Below are positions 29,201-47,200 of a stretch of 64,000 nt of DNA, piece by piece. Each line of letters opens with the position of its first letter. The first letter of the stretch is position 1. The DNA comes from Eledone cirrhosa (taxonomy: Eukaryota), in assembly GCA_964016885.1 (NCBI GenBank), contig OZ024741.1, positions 8,060,001 to 8,124,000 of the forward strand, given 5' to 3'. The notes below the pieces were generated by a model, which saw only the letters and a list, made by a program, of their open reading frames with translations, was not told where the DNA came from and did not search any database. The position numbers were made by a program, and so were the translations under genes.

Positions 29201-32200
29201 TAAATACATATAATAAATACAACTATCAACTGCTAGGAGCCTCACAACTATATATTAATATAATAAATACAACTAACAACTGCTAAGAGCCTCACAACTA
29301 TAAATACATATTATAAATACAACTAACAACTGCTAGGAGCCTCACAACTATAAATACATATAATAAATACAACTAACAACTGCTAGGAACCTCATATTTA
29401 TATATACATATAATAAATACAACTAACAACTGCTAGGAGCCTCACAACTATAAATACATATAATAAATACAACTAACAACTGCTAGGAACCTCATATTTA
29501 TATATACATATAATAAATACAACTAACAACTGCTAGGAGCCTCTCAACTATAAGTACATATAATAAATACAACTAACAACTGCTAGGAGTCTCACAACAA
29601 TATATACATATAATAAATACAACTAACAACTGCTAAGAGCCTCACAACTATAAATACATATAATAAATACAACTAACAACTGCTAGGAGCCTCACAACTA
29701 TAAATACATATAATAAATACAACTAACAACAGCTAGGTGCCTCACAACTATATATACAAATAATAAATACAACTAACAACTGCTAGGAGCCTCACAACTA
29801 CATATACATATAATAAATACAACTAACAACTGCTAGGAACCTCACAACTATATATACATATAATACATACAACTAACAACTGCTAGGAACCTCACAACTA
29901 TATATACATATAATAAAAACAACTAAGAACTGCTAGGAACCTCACAACTATATATACATATAATAAACACAACTAACAACTGCTAGGAACCTCACAACTA
30001 TATATACATATAATAAATACAACTAACATCTGCTAGGAACCTCACATCTATAAATAAATATAAAAAATACAACTAACAACTGCTAGGAGCCTCACAACTA
30101 TATATTAATATAATAAATACAACTAACAACTGCTAGGAACCTGACAACTATAAATACATATAATAAATACAACTATCAACTGCTAGGAGCCTCACAACTA
30201 TATGTTAATATAATAAATACAACTAACAACTGCTAAGAGCCTCACAACTATAAATACATATTATAAATACAACTAACAACTGCTAGGAGCCTCACAACTA
30301 TAAATACATATAATAAATACAACTAACAACTGCTAGGAACCTCATATTTATATATACATATAATAAATACAACTAACAACTGCTAGGAGCCTCACAACTA
30401 TAAATACATATAATAAATACAACTAACAACTGCTAGGAACCTGACAACTATAAATACATATAATAAATACAACTAACAACTGCTAGGAGCCTCACAACTA
30501 TATATACATATAATAAATACAACTAACAACTGCTAGGAGCCTCACAACTATAAATACATATAATAAATACAACTAACAACTGCTAGGAGCCTCACAACTA
30601 TATATACATATAATAAATACAACCAACAACTGCTAGGAACCTCACAACTATATATACATATAATAAATACAACTAACAACTGCTAGGAGCCTCACAACTA
30701 TATATACATATAATACATACAACTAACAACTGCTAGGAACCTCACAACTATATATACATAAAATAAATACAATTAATAACTGCTAGGAACCTCACAACTA
30801 TATATACATATAATAAACATATAATAAATACAAATAACAACTGCTAGGAACCTCACAACTATAAATACATATAATAAATACAACTAACAACAGCTAGGAA
30901 CCTCACAACTATAAATACATATAATAAATACAACTAACGACTGCTAGGAACCTCACAACTATATATATATATAATAAATACAACTAACAACAGCTAGGAG
31001 CCTCACAAATATATATACATATAATAAATACAACTAACAACTACTAGGAACCTGCCAACTATAAATATATATAATAAATACAACTAACCACTGCTAGGAG
31101 CCTCACAACTATAAATACATATAATAAATACAACTAACAACAGCTAGGAGCCTCACAACTATATATACATATAATAAATACAACTAACAACTGCTAGGAG
31201 CCTCACAACTATATATACATATAATAAATACAACTAACAACTGCTAGGAACCTCACAACTATATAACATATAATACATACAACTAACAACTGCTAGGAAC
31301 CTCACAACTATATATACATATAATAAATACAACTAAGAACTGCTAGGAACCTCACAACTATATATACATATAATAAATACAACTAAGAACTGCTAGAAAC
31401 CTCACAACTATATATACATATAATAAACACAACTAAGAACTGCTAGGAACCTCACAACTATAAATACATATAATAAATACAACTAACAACTGCTAGGAAA
31501 CTCACAATTATAAATACATATAATAAATAAAACTAACAACAGCTAGGAACCTCACAACTATATATACATATAATAAATACAACTAACAACTGCTAGCAGC
31601 ATCACAACTATATATACATATAATAAATACAAGTAACACTTGCTAGGAGCCTCACAACTATAAATACATATAATAAATACAACTAACAATTGTTAGGAAC
31701 CTCACAACTATATATACATATAATAAATACAACTAACAACTGCTAGGAGCCTCACAACTATAAATACATATAATAAATACAACTAACAACTGCTAGCAAC
31801 CTCACAACTATAAATAAATATAAAAAATACAACTAACAACTGCTAGGAACCTCACAACTATATATACATATAATAAATACAACTAACAACTGCTAGGAGC
31901 ATCACAACTATATATACATATAATAAATACAACTAACAACAGCTAGGAACCTCACAACTATTTATACATGTAATAAATACAACTAACAACTGCTAGGAGC
32001 CTCACAACTATATATACATATAATAAATACGACTAAAAACTGCTAGGAACCTCAAAACAATATATACATATAATAAATACAACTAACAACTGATAAGAAC
32101 CTCACAACTATATATACATTTAATAAATACAACTAACTACTGCTAGGAACCTCGCAACTATAAATACAGATAATAAATAGAACTAACAACTGCTAGGAGC

Positions 32201-35200
32201 CTCTCAACTATAAGTACATATAATAAATACAACTAACAACTGCTAGGAGTCTCACAACAATATATACATATAATAAATACAACTAACAACTGCTAAGAGC
32301 CTCACAACTATAAATACATATAATAAATACAACTAACAACTGCTAGGAGCCTCACAACTATAAATACATATAATAAATACAACTAACAACAGCTAGGTGC
32401 CTCACAACTATATATACAAATAATAAATACAACTAACAACTGCTAGGAGCCTCACAACTACATATACATATAATAAATACAACTAACAACTGCTAGGAAC
32501 CTCACAACTATATATACATATAATACATACAACTAACAACTGCTAGGAACCTCACAACTATATATACATATAATAAATACAACTAAGAACTGCTAGGAAC
32601 CTCACAACTATATATACATATAATAAACACAACTAACAACTGCTAGAAACCTGACAACTATATATACATATAATAAATACAACTAACATCTGCTAGGACC
32701 CTCACATCTATAAATAAATATAAAAAATACAACTAGCAACTGCTAGGAGCCTCACAACTATATATTAATATAATAAATACAACTAACAACTGCTAGGAAC
32801 CTGACAACTATGAATACATATAATAAATACAACTATCAACTGCTAGGAGCCTCACAACTATATATTAATATAATAAATACAACTAACAACTGCTAAGAGC
32901 CTCACAACTATAAATACATATTATAAATACAACTAACAACTGCTAGGAGCCTCACAACTATAAATACATATAATAAATACAACTAACAACAGCTAGGAGC
33001 CTCACAACTATATATACATATAATAAATACAACTAACAACTGCTAGGAACCTCACAACTATATATACATATAATAAATACAACTAACAACTGCTAGGAAC
33101 CTCACAACTATAAATACATATAATAAATACAACTAACAACTGCTAGGAACCTCACAATTATAAATACATATAATAAATACAACTAACAACTGCTAGGAAC
33201 CTCACAAATATAACTACATATAATAAATACAACTAACGACTGCTAGGAACCTCACAACTATATATATATATATATAATAAATACAACTAATATCAGCTAG
33301 GAGCCTCACAACTATATATACATATAATAAATAGAACTAACAACTACTAGGAACCTGACAACTATAAATACATATAATAAATACAACTAACAACTGCTAG
33401 GAGCCTCACAACTATAAATAGATATAATAAATACAACTAACAATAGCTAGGAGCCTAACAACTATATATACATATAATAAATACAACTAATAACTTCTAG
33501 GAGCCTCACAACTATATATACATATAATAAATACAACTAACAACGTCTAGGAACCTCATATCTATATATACATATAATACATACAACTAACAACTGCTAG
33601 GAACCTCACAATTATATATACATATAATAAACACAACTAAGAACTGCTAGGAAGCTCACAACTATAAATACATATAATAAATACAACTAACAACTGCTAG
33701 GAACCTCACAACTATAAATACATATAATAAATAAAACTAACAACAGCTAGGAACCTCACATCTATATATACATATAATAAATACAACTAACAACTGCTAG
33801 CAGCCTCACAACTATAAATACATATAATAAATAAAACTAACAACAGCTAGGAACCTGACAACTATATATACATATAATAAATACAACTAACAACTGGTAG
33901 AAACCTCACAACTATATATACATATAATACATACAACTAACAACTGCTAGGTACCTCACAACTATATATACATATAATACATACAACTAACAACTGCTAG
34001 GAACCTCACAACTATATATACATATAATAAATACAACTAAGAACTGCTAGGAACCTCACAACTATATATACATATAACAAACACAACTAACAACTGCTAG
34101 GAACCTCACAACTATATATACATATAATAAATACAACTAACAACTGCTAGCAGCATCACAACTATATATACATATAATAAATACAACTAACACTTGCTAG
34201 GAGCCTCACAACTATAAATACATATAATAAATACAACTAACAATTGTTAGGAACCTCACAACTATATATACATAAAATAAATACAACTAACAACTGCTAG
34301 GAGCCTCACAACTATAAATACATATAATAAATACAACTAACAACTGCTAGCAACCTCACATCTATAAATAAATATAAAAAATACAACTAACAACTGCTAG
34401 GAACCTCACAACTATATATACATATAATAAATACAACTAACAACAGCTAGGAACCTCACAACTATTTATACATGTAATAAATACAACTAACAACTGCTAG
34501 GAGCCTCACAACTATATATACATATAATAAATACGACTAAAAACCGCTAAGAACCTCACAACTATATATACATATAATACATACAACTAACAACTGCTAG
34601 GAACCTCACAACTATATATACATATAATACATACAACTAACAACTGCTAGGAACCTCACAACTATATATACATATAATAAATACAACTAAGAACTGCTAG
34701 GAACCTCACAACTATATATACATATAATAAACACAACTAACAACTGCTAGGAACCTCACAACTATATATACATATAATAAATACAACTAACAACTGCTAG
34801 GAACCTCACAACTATAAATATATATAATAAATACAACTAACAACTGCTAGGAAACTCACAACTATAAATACATATAATAAATAAAACTAACAACAGCTAG
34901 GAACCTCACAACTATATATACATATAATAAATACAAATAACAACTGCTAGCAGCATCACAACTATATATACATATAATAAATACAACTAACACATGCTAG
35001 GAGCCTCACAACTATATATACATATAATAAATACAACCAACATTTGTTAGGAACCTCACAACTATATATACATATAATAAATACAACTAACAACTGCTAG
35101 GAGCCTCACAACTATATATACATATAATAAATACAACTAACAACAGCTAGGAACCTCACAACTATTTATACATGTAATAAATACAACTAACAACTGCTAG

Positions 35201-38200
35201 GAGCCTCTCAACTATAAGTACATATAATAAATACAACTAACAACTGCGAGGAGTCTCACAACAATATATACATATAATAAATACAACTAACAACTGCTAG
35301 GAGCCTCAAGACTATAAATACATATAATAAATACAACTAACAACTGCTAGGAGCCTCACAACTATAAATACATATAATAAATACAACTAACAACAGCTAG
35401 ATGCCTCACAACTATATATACATATAATAAATACAACTAACAACTGCTAGGAGCCTCACAACTACATATACATATAATAAATACAACTAACAACTGCTAG
35501 GAACCTCACAACTATATATACATATAATACATACAACTAACAACTGCTAGGAACCTCACAACTATATATACATATAATAAATACAACTAAGAACTACTAG
35601 GAACCTCACAACTATATATACATATAATAAACACAACTAACAACTGCTAGGAACCTCACAACTATATATACATATAATCAATACAACTAACATCTGCTAG
35701 GAACCTCACAACTATAAATACATATAATAAATACAACTAACAACTGCTAGGAGCCTCACAACTATATATACATATAATAAATACAACTAACAACTGCTAG
35801 GAACCTCACAATTATATATACATATAATACATACAACTAACAACTGCTAGGAACCTCACAACTATATATACATATAATAAATACAACTAAGAACTGCTAG
35901 GAATCTTACAACTATATATACATATAATAAACACAACTAACAACTGCTAGGAACCTCACAACTATATATACATATAATAAATACAACTAACAACTGCTAG
36001 GAACATCACAACTATCAATACATATAATAAATAAAACTAACAACAGCTAGGAACCTCACAATTATATATGCATATAATAAATACAACTAACAACTGCTAG
36101 GAGCCTCCCAACTATATATACATATAATAAATACAACTAACAACTGCTAGGAGCCTCACAACTATAAATACATATAAGAAATACAACTAATAACTGCTAG
36201 GAGCCTCACAACTATATATACATATAATAAATACGACTAAAAACCGCTAAGAACCTCATAACTATATATACATATAATAAATACAACTAACAACTGCTTG
36301 GAACCACACACCTATAAATACATATAATAAATACAACTAATAACTGCTAGGAGCCTCACAACTATACATACATATAATAAATACAACTAACAACTGCTAG
36401 GAGTCTCACAACTATAAATACATATAATAAATACAACTAACAACTGCTAGGAACCTCATAATTATAAATACATATAATAAATACAACTAACAACTGCTAG
36501 GACCTCACAACTATATATACATATAATAAATACAACTAACAACTTCTAGGAACCTCACAACTATATATACATATAATAAATACAACTAACAACTGCTAGC
36601 AGCCTCACAACTATATATACATATGATAAATACAACTAACAACTGCTAGGGACCTCACAACTATATATACATATAATAAATACAACTAACAACTGCTAGG
36701 AGCCTCACAACTATATATACATATAATAAATACAACTAACAACTGCTAGGAACCTCACAATTATAAATACATATAATAAATACAACTAACAACTGCTAGG
36801 AACCTCACAAATATAACTACATATAATAAATACAACTAACGACTGCTAGGAACCTCACAACTATATATATATATATATAATAAATACAACTAATATCAGC
36901 TAGGAGCCTCACAACTATATATACATATAATAAATAGAACTAACAACTACTAGGAACCTGACAACTATAAATACATATAATAAATACAACTAACAACTGC
37001 TAGGAGCCTCACAACTATAAATAGATATAATAAATACAACTAACAATAGCTAGGAGCCTAACAACTATATATACATATAATAAATACAACTAATAACTTC
37101 TAGGAGCCTCACAACTATATATACATATAATAAATACAACTAACAACGTCTAGGAACCTCATATCTATATATACATATAATACATACAACTAACAACTGC
37201 TAGGAACCTCACAATTATATATACATATAATAAACACAACTAAGAACTGCTAGGAAGCTCACAACTATAAATACATATAATAAATACAACTAACAACTGC
37301 TAGGAACCTCACAACTATAAATACATATAATAAATAAAACTAACAACAGCTAGGAACCTCACATCTATATATACATATAATAAATACAACTAACAACTGC
37401 TAGCAGCCTCACAACTATAAATACATATAATAAATAAAACTAACAACAGCTAGGAACCTGACAACTATATATACATATAATAAATACAACTAACAACTGG
37501 TAGAAACCTCACAACTATATATACATATAATACATACAACTAACAACTGCTAGGTACCTCACAACTATATATACATATAATACATACAACTAACAACTGC
37601 TAGGAACCTCACAACTATATATACATATAATAAATACAACTAAGAACTGCTAGGAACCTCACAACTATATATACATATAACAAACACAACTAACAACTGC
37701 TAGGAACCTCACAACTATATATACATATAATAAATACAACTAACAACTGCTAGCAGCATCACAACTATATATACATATAATAAATACAACTAACACTTGC
37801 TAGGAGCCTCACAACTATAAATACATATAATAAATACAACTAACAATTGTTAGGAACCTCACAACTATATATACATAAAATAAATACAACTAACAACTGC
37901 TAGGAGCCTCACAACTATAAATACATATAATAAATACAACTAACAACTGCTAGCAACCTCACATCTATAAATAAATATAAAAAATACAACTAACAACTGC
38001 TAGGAACCTCACAACTATATATACATATAATAAATACAACTAACAACAGCTAGGAACCTCACAACTATTTATACATGTAATAAATACAACTAACAACTGC
38101 TAGGAGCCTCACAACTATATATACATATAATAAATACGACTAAAAACCGCTAAGAACCTCACAACTATATATACATATAATACATACAACTAACAACTGC

Positions 38201-41200
38201 TAGGAACCTCACAACTATATATACATATAATACATACAACTAACAACTGCTAGGAACCTCACAACTATATATACATATAATAAATACAACTAAGAACTGC
38301 TAGGAACCTCACAACTATATATACATATAATAAACACAACTAACAACTGCTAGGAACCTCACAACTATATATACATATAATAAATACAACTAACAACTGC
38401 TAGGAACCTCACAACTATAAATATATATAATAAATACAACTAACAACTGCTAGGAAACTCACAACTATAAATACATATAATAAATAAAACTAACAACAGC
38501 TAGGAACCTCACAACTATATATACATATAATAAATACAACTAACAACTGCTAGCAGCATCACAACTATATATACATATAATAAATACAACTAACACATGC
38601 TAGGAGCCTCACAACTATATATACATATAATAAATACAACCAACATTTGTTAGGAACCTCACAACTATATATACATATAATAAATACAACTAACAACTGC
38701 TAGGAGCCTCACAACTATATATACATATAATAAATACAACTAACAACAGCTAGGAACCTCACAACTATTTATACATGTAATAAATACAACTAACAACTGC
38801 TAGGAGCCTCTCAACTATAAGTACATATAATAAATACAACTAACAACTGCGAGGAGTCTCACAACAATATATACATATAATAAATACAACTAACAACTGC
38901 TAGGAGCCTCAAGACTATAAATACATATAATAAATACAACTAACAACTGCTAGGAGCCTCACAACTATAAATACATATAATAAATACAACTAACAACAGC
39001 TAGATGCCTCACAACTATATATACATATAATAAATACAACTAACAACTGCTAGGAGCCTCACAACTACATATACATATAATAAATACAACTAACAACTGC
39101 TAGGAACCTCACAACTATATATACATATAATACATACAACTAACAACTGCTAGGAACCTCACAACTATATATACATATAATAAATACAACTAAGAACTAC
39201 TAGGAACCTCACAACTATATATACATATAATAAACACAACTAACAACTGCTAGGAACCTCACAACTATATATACATATAATCAATACAACTAACATCTGC
39301 TAGGAACCTCACAACTATAAATACATATAATAAATACAACTAACAACTGCTAGGAGCCTCACAACTATATATACATATAATAAATACAACTAACAACTGC
39401 TAGGAACCTCACAATTATATATACATATAATACATACAACTAACAACTGCTAGGAACCTCACAACTATATATACATATAATAAATACAACTAAGAACTGC
39501 TAGGAATCTTACAACTATATATACATATAATAAACACAACTAACAACTGCTAGGAACCTCACAACTATATATACATATAATAAATACAACTAACAACTGC
39601 TAGGAACATCACAACTATCAATACATATAATAAATAAAACTAACAACAGCTAGGAACCTCACAATTATATATGCATATAATAAATACAACTAACAACTGC
39701 TAGGAGCCTCCCAACTATATATACATATAATAAATACAACTAACAACTGCTAGGAGCCTCACAACTATAAATACATATAAGAAATACAACTAATAACTGC
39801 TAGGAGCCTCACAACTATATATACATATAATAAATACGACTAAAAACCGCTAAGAACCTCATAACTATATATACATATAATAAATACAACTAACAACTGC
39901 TTGGAACCACACACCTATAAATACATATAATAAATACAACTAATAACTGCTAGGAGCCTCACAACTATACATACATATAATAAATACAACTAACAACTGC
40001 TAGGAGTCTCACAACTATAAATACATATAATAAATACAACTAACAACTGCTAGGAACCTCATAATTATAAATACATATAATAAATACAACTAACAACTGC
40101 TAGGACCTCACAACTATATATACATATAATAAATACAACTAACAACTTCTAGGAACCTCACAACTATATATACATATAATAAATACAACTAACAACTGCT
40201 AGCAGCCTCACAACTATATATACATATGATAAATACAACTAACAACTGCTAGGGACCTCACAACTATATATACATATAATAAATACAACTAACAACTGCT
40301 AGGAGCCTCACAACTATATATACATATAATAAATACAACTAACAACTTCTAGGAACCTCACAACTATAAATACATATAATAAATACAACTAACAACTGCT
40401 AGGAGCCTCACAACTATAAATACATATAATAAATACAACTAACAACTGCTAGGAGCCTCACAACTATAAATAAATATAATAAATACAACTAACAACAGCT
40501 AGGAGCCTCACAACTATATATACATATAATAAATACAACTAACAACTGCTAGGAGCCTCAGAACTATATATACATATAATAAATACAACTAACAACTGCT
40601 AGGAACCTCACAACTATATATACATATAATACATACAACTAACAACTGCTAGGAACCTCACAACTATATATACATATAATAAATACAACTAAGAACTGCT
40701 AGGAATCTTACAACTATATATACATATTATAAACACAACTAACAACTGCTAGGAACCTCACAACTATATATACATATAATAAATACAACGAACAACTGCT
40801 AGGAGCCTCACAACTATAAATACATATAATAAATACAACTAACAACTGCTAGGAGCCTCACAACTATATATACATATAATAAATACGACAAAAATCTGCT
40901 AGGAACCTCACAACTATATATACATATAATAAATACAACTAACAACTGATAGGAACCTCACAACTATATATACATATAATAAATACAACTAACAACTGCT
41001 AGGAACCTCACAACTGAATATACATATATTAAATGCAACTAACAGCTGCTAGAAACCTCACAACTATATATACATATAATAAATACAACTAACAACTGCT
41101 AGGAGCCTCACAACTATATATACATATAATACATACAACTAACAACTGCTACAAACCTCATAACTATATATACATATAATAAATACAACTAATAACTGCT

Positions 41201-44200
41201 AGGAACCTCACAACTATATATACATATATTAAACATATAATAAATACAACTAACAACTGCTAGGAACCTAACAACTATAAATACATATAATAAATACAAC
41301 TAACAACTGCTAGGAACCTGACAACTATAAATACATATAATAAATACAACTAACAACTGCTAGGAGTCTCACAACTATAAATACATATAATAAATACAAC
41401 TAACAACTGCTAGGAACCTCATAATTATAAATACATATAATAAATACAACTAACAACTGCTAGGACCTCACAACTATATATACATATAATAAATACAACT
41501 AACAACTTCTAGGAACCTCACAACTATATATACATATAATAAATACAACTAACAACTGCTAGCAGCCTCACAACTATATATACATATGATAAATACAACT
41601 AACAACTTCTAGGAACCTCACAACTATATATACATATAATACATACAACTAACAACTGCTAGAAACCTCACAACTATATATACATATCAGAAATACAACT
41701 AATAACTGCTAGGAACCTCACAACTATATATACATATAATAAATACAACTAACAACTGCTAGGGACCTCACAACTATATATACATATAATAAATACAACT
41801 AACAACTGCTAGGAGCCTCACAACTATATATACATATAATAAATACAACTAACAACTTCTAGGAACCTCACAACTATAAATACATATAATAAATACAACT
41901 AACAACTGCTAGGAGCCTCACAACTATAAATACATATAATAAATACAACTAACAACTGCTAGGAGCCTCACAACTATAAATAAATATAATAAATACAACT
42001 AACAACAGCTAGGAGCCTCACAACTATATATACATATAATAAATACAACTAACAACTGCTAGGAGCCTCAGAACTATATATACATATAATAAATACAACT
42101 AACAACTGCTAGGAACCTCACAACTATATATACATATAATACATACAACTAACAACTGCTAGGAACCTCACAACTATATATACATATAATAAATACAACT
42201 AAGAACTGCTAGGAATCTTACAACTATATATACATATAATAAACACAACTAACAACTGCTAGGAACCTCACAACTATATATACATATAATAAATACAACT
42301 AACAACTGCTAGGAGCTTCACAACTATAAATACATATAATAAATACAACTAACAACTGCTAGGAGCCTCACAACTATATATACATATAATAAATACGACA
42401 AAAATCTGCTAGGAACCTCACAACTATATATACATATAATAAATACAACTAACAACTGATAGGAACCTCACAACTATATATACATATAATAAATACAACT
42501 AACAACTGCTAGGAACCTCACAACTGAATATACATATATTAAATACAACTAACAGCTGCTAGAAACCTCACAACTATATATACATATAATAAATACAACT
42601 AACAACTGCTAGGAGCCTCACAACTATATATACATATAATACATACAACTAACAACTGCTAGAAACCTCACAACTATATATACATATAAGAAATACAACT
42701 AATAACTGCTAGGAACCTCACAACTATATATACATATAATAAATACAACTAACAACTGCTAGGAACCTCACAACTATATATACATATAATAAATACAACT
42801 AACAACTGCTAGGAGCCTCACAACTATATATACATATAATAAATACAACTAACAACTTCTAGGAACCTCACAACTATAAATACATATAATAAATACAACT
42901 AACAACTGCTAGGAGCCTCACAACTATAAATACATATAATAAATACAACTAACAACTGCTAGGAACCTCACAACTATAAATAAATATAATAAATACAACT
43001 AACAACAGCTAGGTGCCTCACAACTGTATATACATATAATAAATACAACTAACAACTGCTAGGAACCTCACAACTATATATACATATAATAAATACAACT
43101 AACAACTGCTAGGAACCTCACAACTATATATACATATAATAAATACAACTACGAACTGCTAGGAATCTTACAACTATATATACATATAATAAACACAACT
43201 AACAACTTCTAGGAACCTCACAACTATATATACATATAATAAATACAACTAACAACTGCTAGAAGCCTCACAACTATAAATACATATAATAAATACAACT
43301 AACAACTGCTAGGAGCCTCACAACTATAAATACATATAATAAATACAACTAATAACTGCTAGGAGCCTCACAACTATATATACATATAATAAATACGACT
43401 AAAAACCGCTAAGAACCTCACAACTATATATACATATAATAAATACAACTAACAACTGCTAGGAACCTCACAACTATATATACATATAATAAATACAACT
43501 AACAACTGCTAGGAGCCTCACAACTATACATACATATAATAAATACAACTAACAACTGCTAGGAGTCTCACAACTATAAATACATATAATAAATACAACT
43601 AACAACTGCTTGGAACCACACACCTATAAATACATATAATAAATACAACTAATAACTGCTAGGAGCCTCACAACTATACATACATATAATAAATACAACT
43701 AACAACTGCTAGGAGTCTCACAACTATAAATACATATAATAAATACAACTAACAACTGCTAGGAACCTCATAATTATAAATACATATAATAAATACAACT
43801 AACAACTGCTAGGACCTCACAACTATATATACATATAATAAATACAACTAACAACTTCTAGGAACCTCACAACTATATATACATATAATACATACAACTA
43901 ACAACTGCTAGAAACCTCACAACTATATATACATATAATAAATACAACTAACAACTGCTAGGGACCTCACAACTATATATACATATAATAAATACAACTA
44001 ACAACTGCTAGGAGCCTCACAACTATATATACATATAAAAAATACAACTAACAACTTCTAGGAACCTCACAACTATAAATACATATAATAAATACAACTA
44101 ACAACTGCTAGGAGCCTCACAACTATAAATACATATAATAAATACAACTAACAACTGCTAGGAGCCTCACAACTATAAATAAATATAATAAATACAACTA

Positions 44201-47200
44201 ACAACAGCTAGGAGCCTCACAACTATATATACATATAATAAATACAACTAACAACTGCTAGGAGTCTCAGAACTATATATACATATAATAAATACAACTA
44301 ACAACTGCTAGGAACCTCACAACTATATATACATATAATACATACAACTAACAACTGCTACGAACCTCACAACTATATATACATATAATAAATACAACTA
44401 AGAACTGCTAGGAATCTTACAACTATATATACATATAATAAACACAACTAACAACTGCTAGGAACCTCACAACTATATATACATATAATAAATACAACTA
44501 ACAACTGCTAGGAGCCTCACAACTATAAATACATATAATAAATACAACTAACAACTGCTAGGAGCCTCACAACTATATATACATATAATAAATACGACAA
44601 AAATCTGCTAGGAACCTCACAACTATATATACATATAATAAATACAACTAACAACTGATAGGAACCTTACAACTATATATACATATAATAAATACAACTA
44701 ACAACTGCTAGGAACCTCACAACTGAATATACATATATTAAATACAACTAACAGCTGCTAGAAACCTCACAACAATATATACATATAATAAATACAACTA
44801 ACAACTGCTAGGAGCCTCACAACTATATATACATATAATACATACAACTAACAACTGCTAGAAACCTCACAACTATATATACATATAATAAATACAACTA
44901 ATAACTGCTAGGAACCTCACAACTATATATACATATAATAAACATATAATAAATACAACTAACAACTGCTAGAAACCTAACAACTATAAATACATATAAT
45001 AAATACAACTAACAACTGCTAGGAACCTGACAACTATAAATACATATAATAAATACAACTAACAACTGCTAGGAGTCTCACAACTATAAATACATATAAT
45101 AAATACAACTAACAACTGCTAGGAACCTCATAATTATAAATACATATAATAAATACAACTAACAACTGCTAGGACCTCACAACTATATATACATATAATA
45201 AATACAACTAACAACTTCTAGGAACCTCACAACTATATATACATATAATAAATACAACTAACAACTGCTAGCAGCCTCACAACTATATATACATATGATA
45301 AATACAACTAACAACTTCTAGGAACCTCACAACTATATATACATATAATACATACAACTAACAACTGCTAGAAACCTCAGAACTATATATACATATAAGA
45401 AATACAACTAATAACTGCTAGGAACCTCACAACTATATATACATATAATAAATACATCTAACAACTGCTAGGGACCTCACAACTATATATACATATAATA
45501 AATACAACTAACAACTGCTAGCAGCCTCACAACTATATATACATATGATAAATACAACTAACAACTTCTAGGAACCTCACAACTATATATACATATAATA
45601 CATACAACTAACAACTGCTAGAAACCTCAGAACTATATATACATATAAGAAATACAACTAACAACAGCTAGGAGCCTCACAACTATATATACATATAATA
45701 AATACAACTAACAACTGCTAGGAGCCTCAGAACTATATATACATATAATAAATACAACTAACAACTGCTAGGAACCTCACAACTATATATACATATAATA
45801 CATACAACTAACAACTGCTAGGAACCTCACAACTATATATACATATAATAAATACAACTAAGAACTGCTAGGAATCTTACAACTATATATACATATAATA
45901 AACACAACTAACAACTGCTAGGAACCTCACAACTATATATACATATAATAAATACAACTAACAACTGCTAGGAGCCTCACAACTATAAATACATATAATA
46001 AATACAACTAACAACTGCTAGGAGCCTCACAACTATATATACATATAATAAATACGACAAAAATCTGCTAGGAACCTCACAACTATATATACATATAATA
46101 AATACAACTAACAACTGATAGGAACCTCACAACTATATATACATATAATAAATACAACTAACAACTGCTAGGAACCTCACAACTGAATATACATATATTA
46201 AATACAACTAACAGCTGCTAGAAACCTCACAACTATATATACATATAATAAATACAACTAACAACTGCTAGGAGCCTCACAACTATATATACATATAATA
46301 CATACAACTAACAACTGCTAGAAACCTCACAACTATATATACATATAATAAATACAACTAATAACTGCTAGGAACCTCACAACTATATATACACATAAAA
46401 CATACAACTAACAACTGCTAGAAACCTCACAACTATATATACATATAAGAAATACAACTAATAACTGCTAGGAACCTCACAACTATATATACATATAATA
46501 AATACAACTAACAACTGCTAGGAACCTCACAACTATATATACATATAATAAATACAACTAACAACTGCTAGGAGCCTCACAACTATATATACATATAATA
46601 AATACAACTAACAACTTCTAGGAACCTCACAACTATAAATACATATAATAAATACAACTAACAACTGCTAGGAGCCTCACAACTATAAATACATATAATA
46701 AATACAACTAACAACTGCTAGGAGTCTCACAACTATAAAAAAATATAATAAATACAACTAACAACAGCTAGGTGCCTCACAACTGTATATACATATAATA
46801 AATACAACTAACAACTGCTAGGAACCTCACAACTATATATACATATAATAAATACAACTAACAACTGCTAGGAACCTCACAACTATATATACATATAATA
46901 AATACAACTAAGAACTGCTAGGAATCTTACAACTATATATACATATAATAAACACAACTAACAACTGCTAGGAACCTCACAACTATATGTACATATAATA
47001 AATACAACTAACAACTGCTAGAAGCCTCACAACTATAAATACATATAATAAATACAACTAACAACTGCTAGGAACCTCACAACTATATATACATATAATA
47101 CATACAACTAACAACTGCTAGAAACCTCACAACTATATATACATATAAGAAATACAACTAATAACTGCTAGGAACCTCACAACTATATATACATATAATA

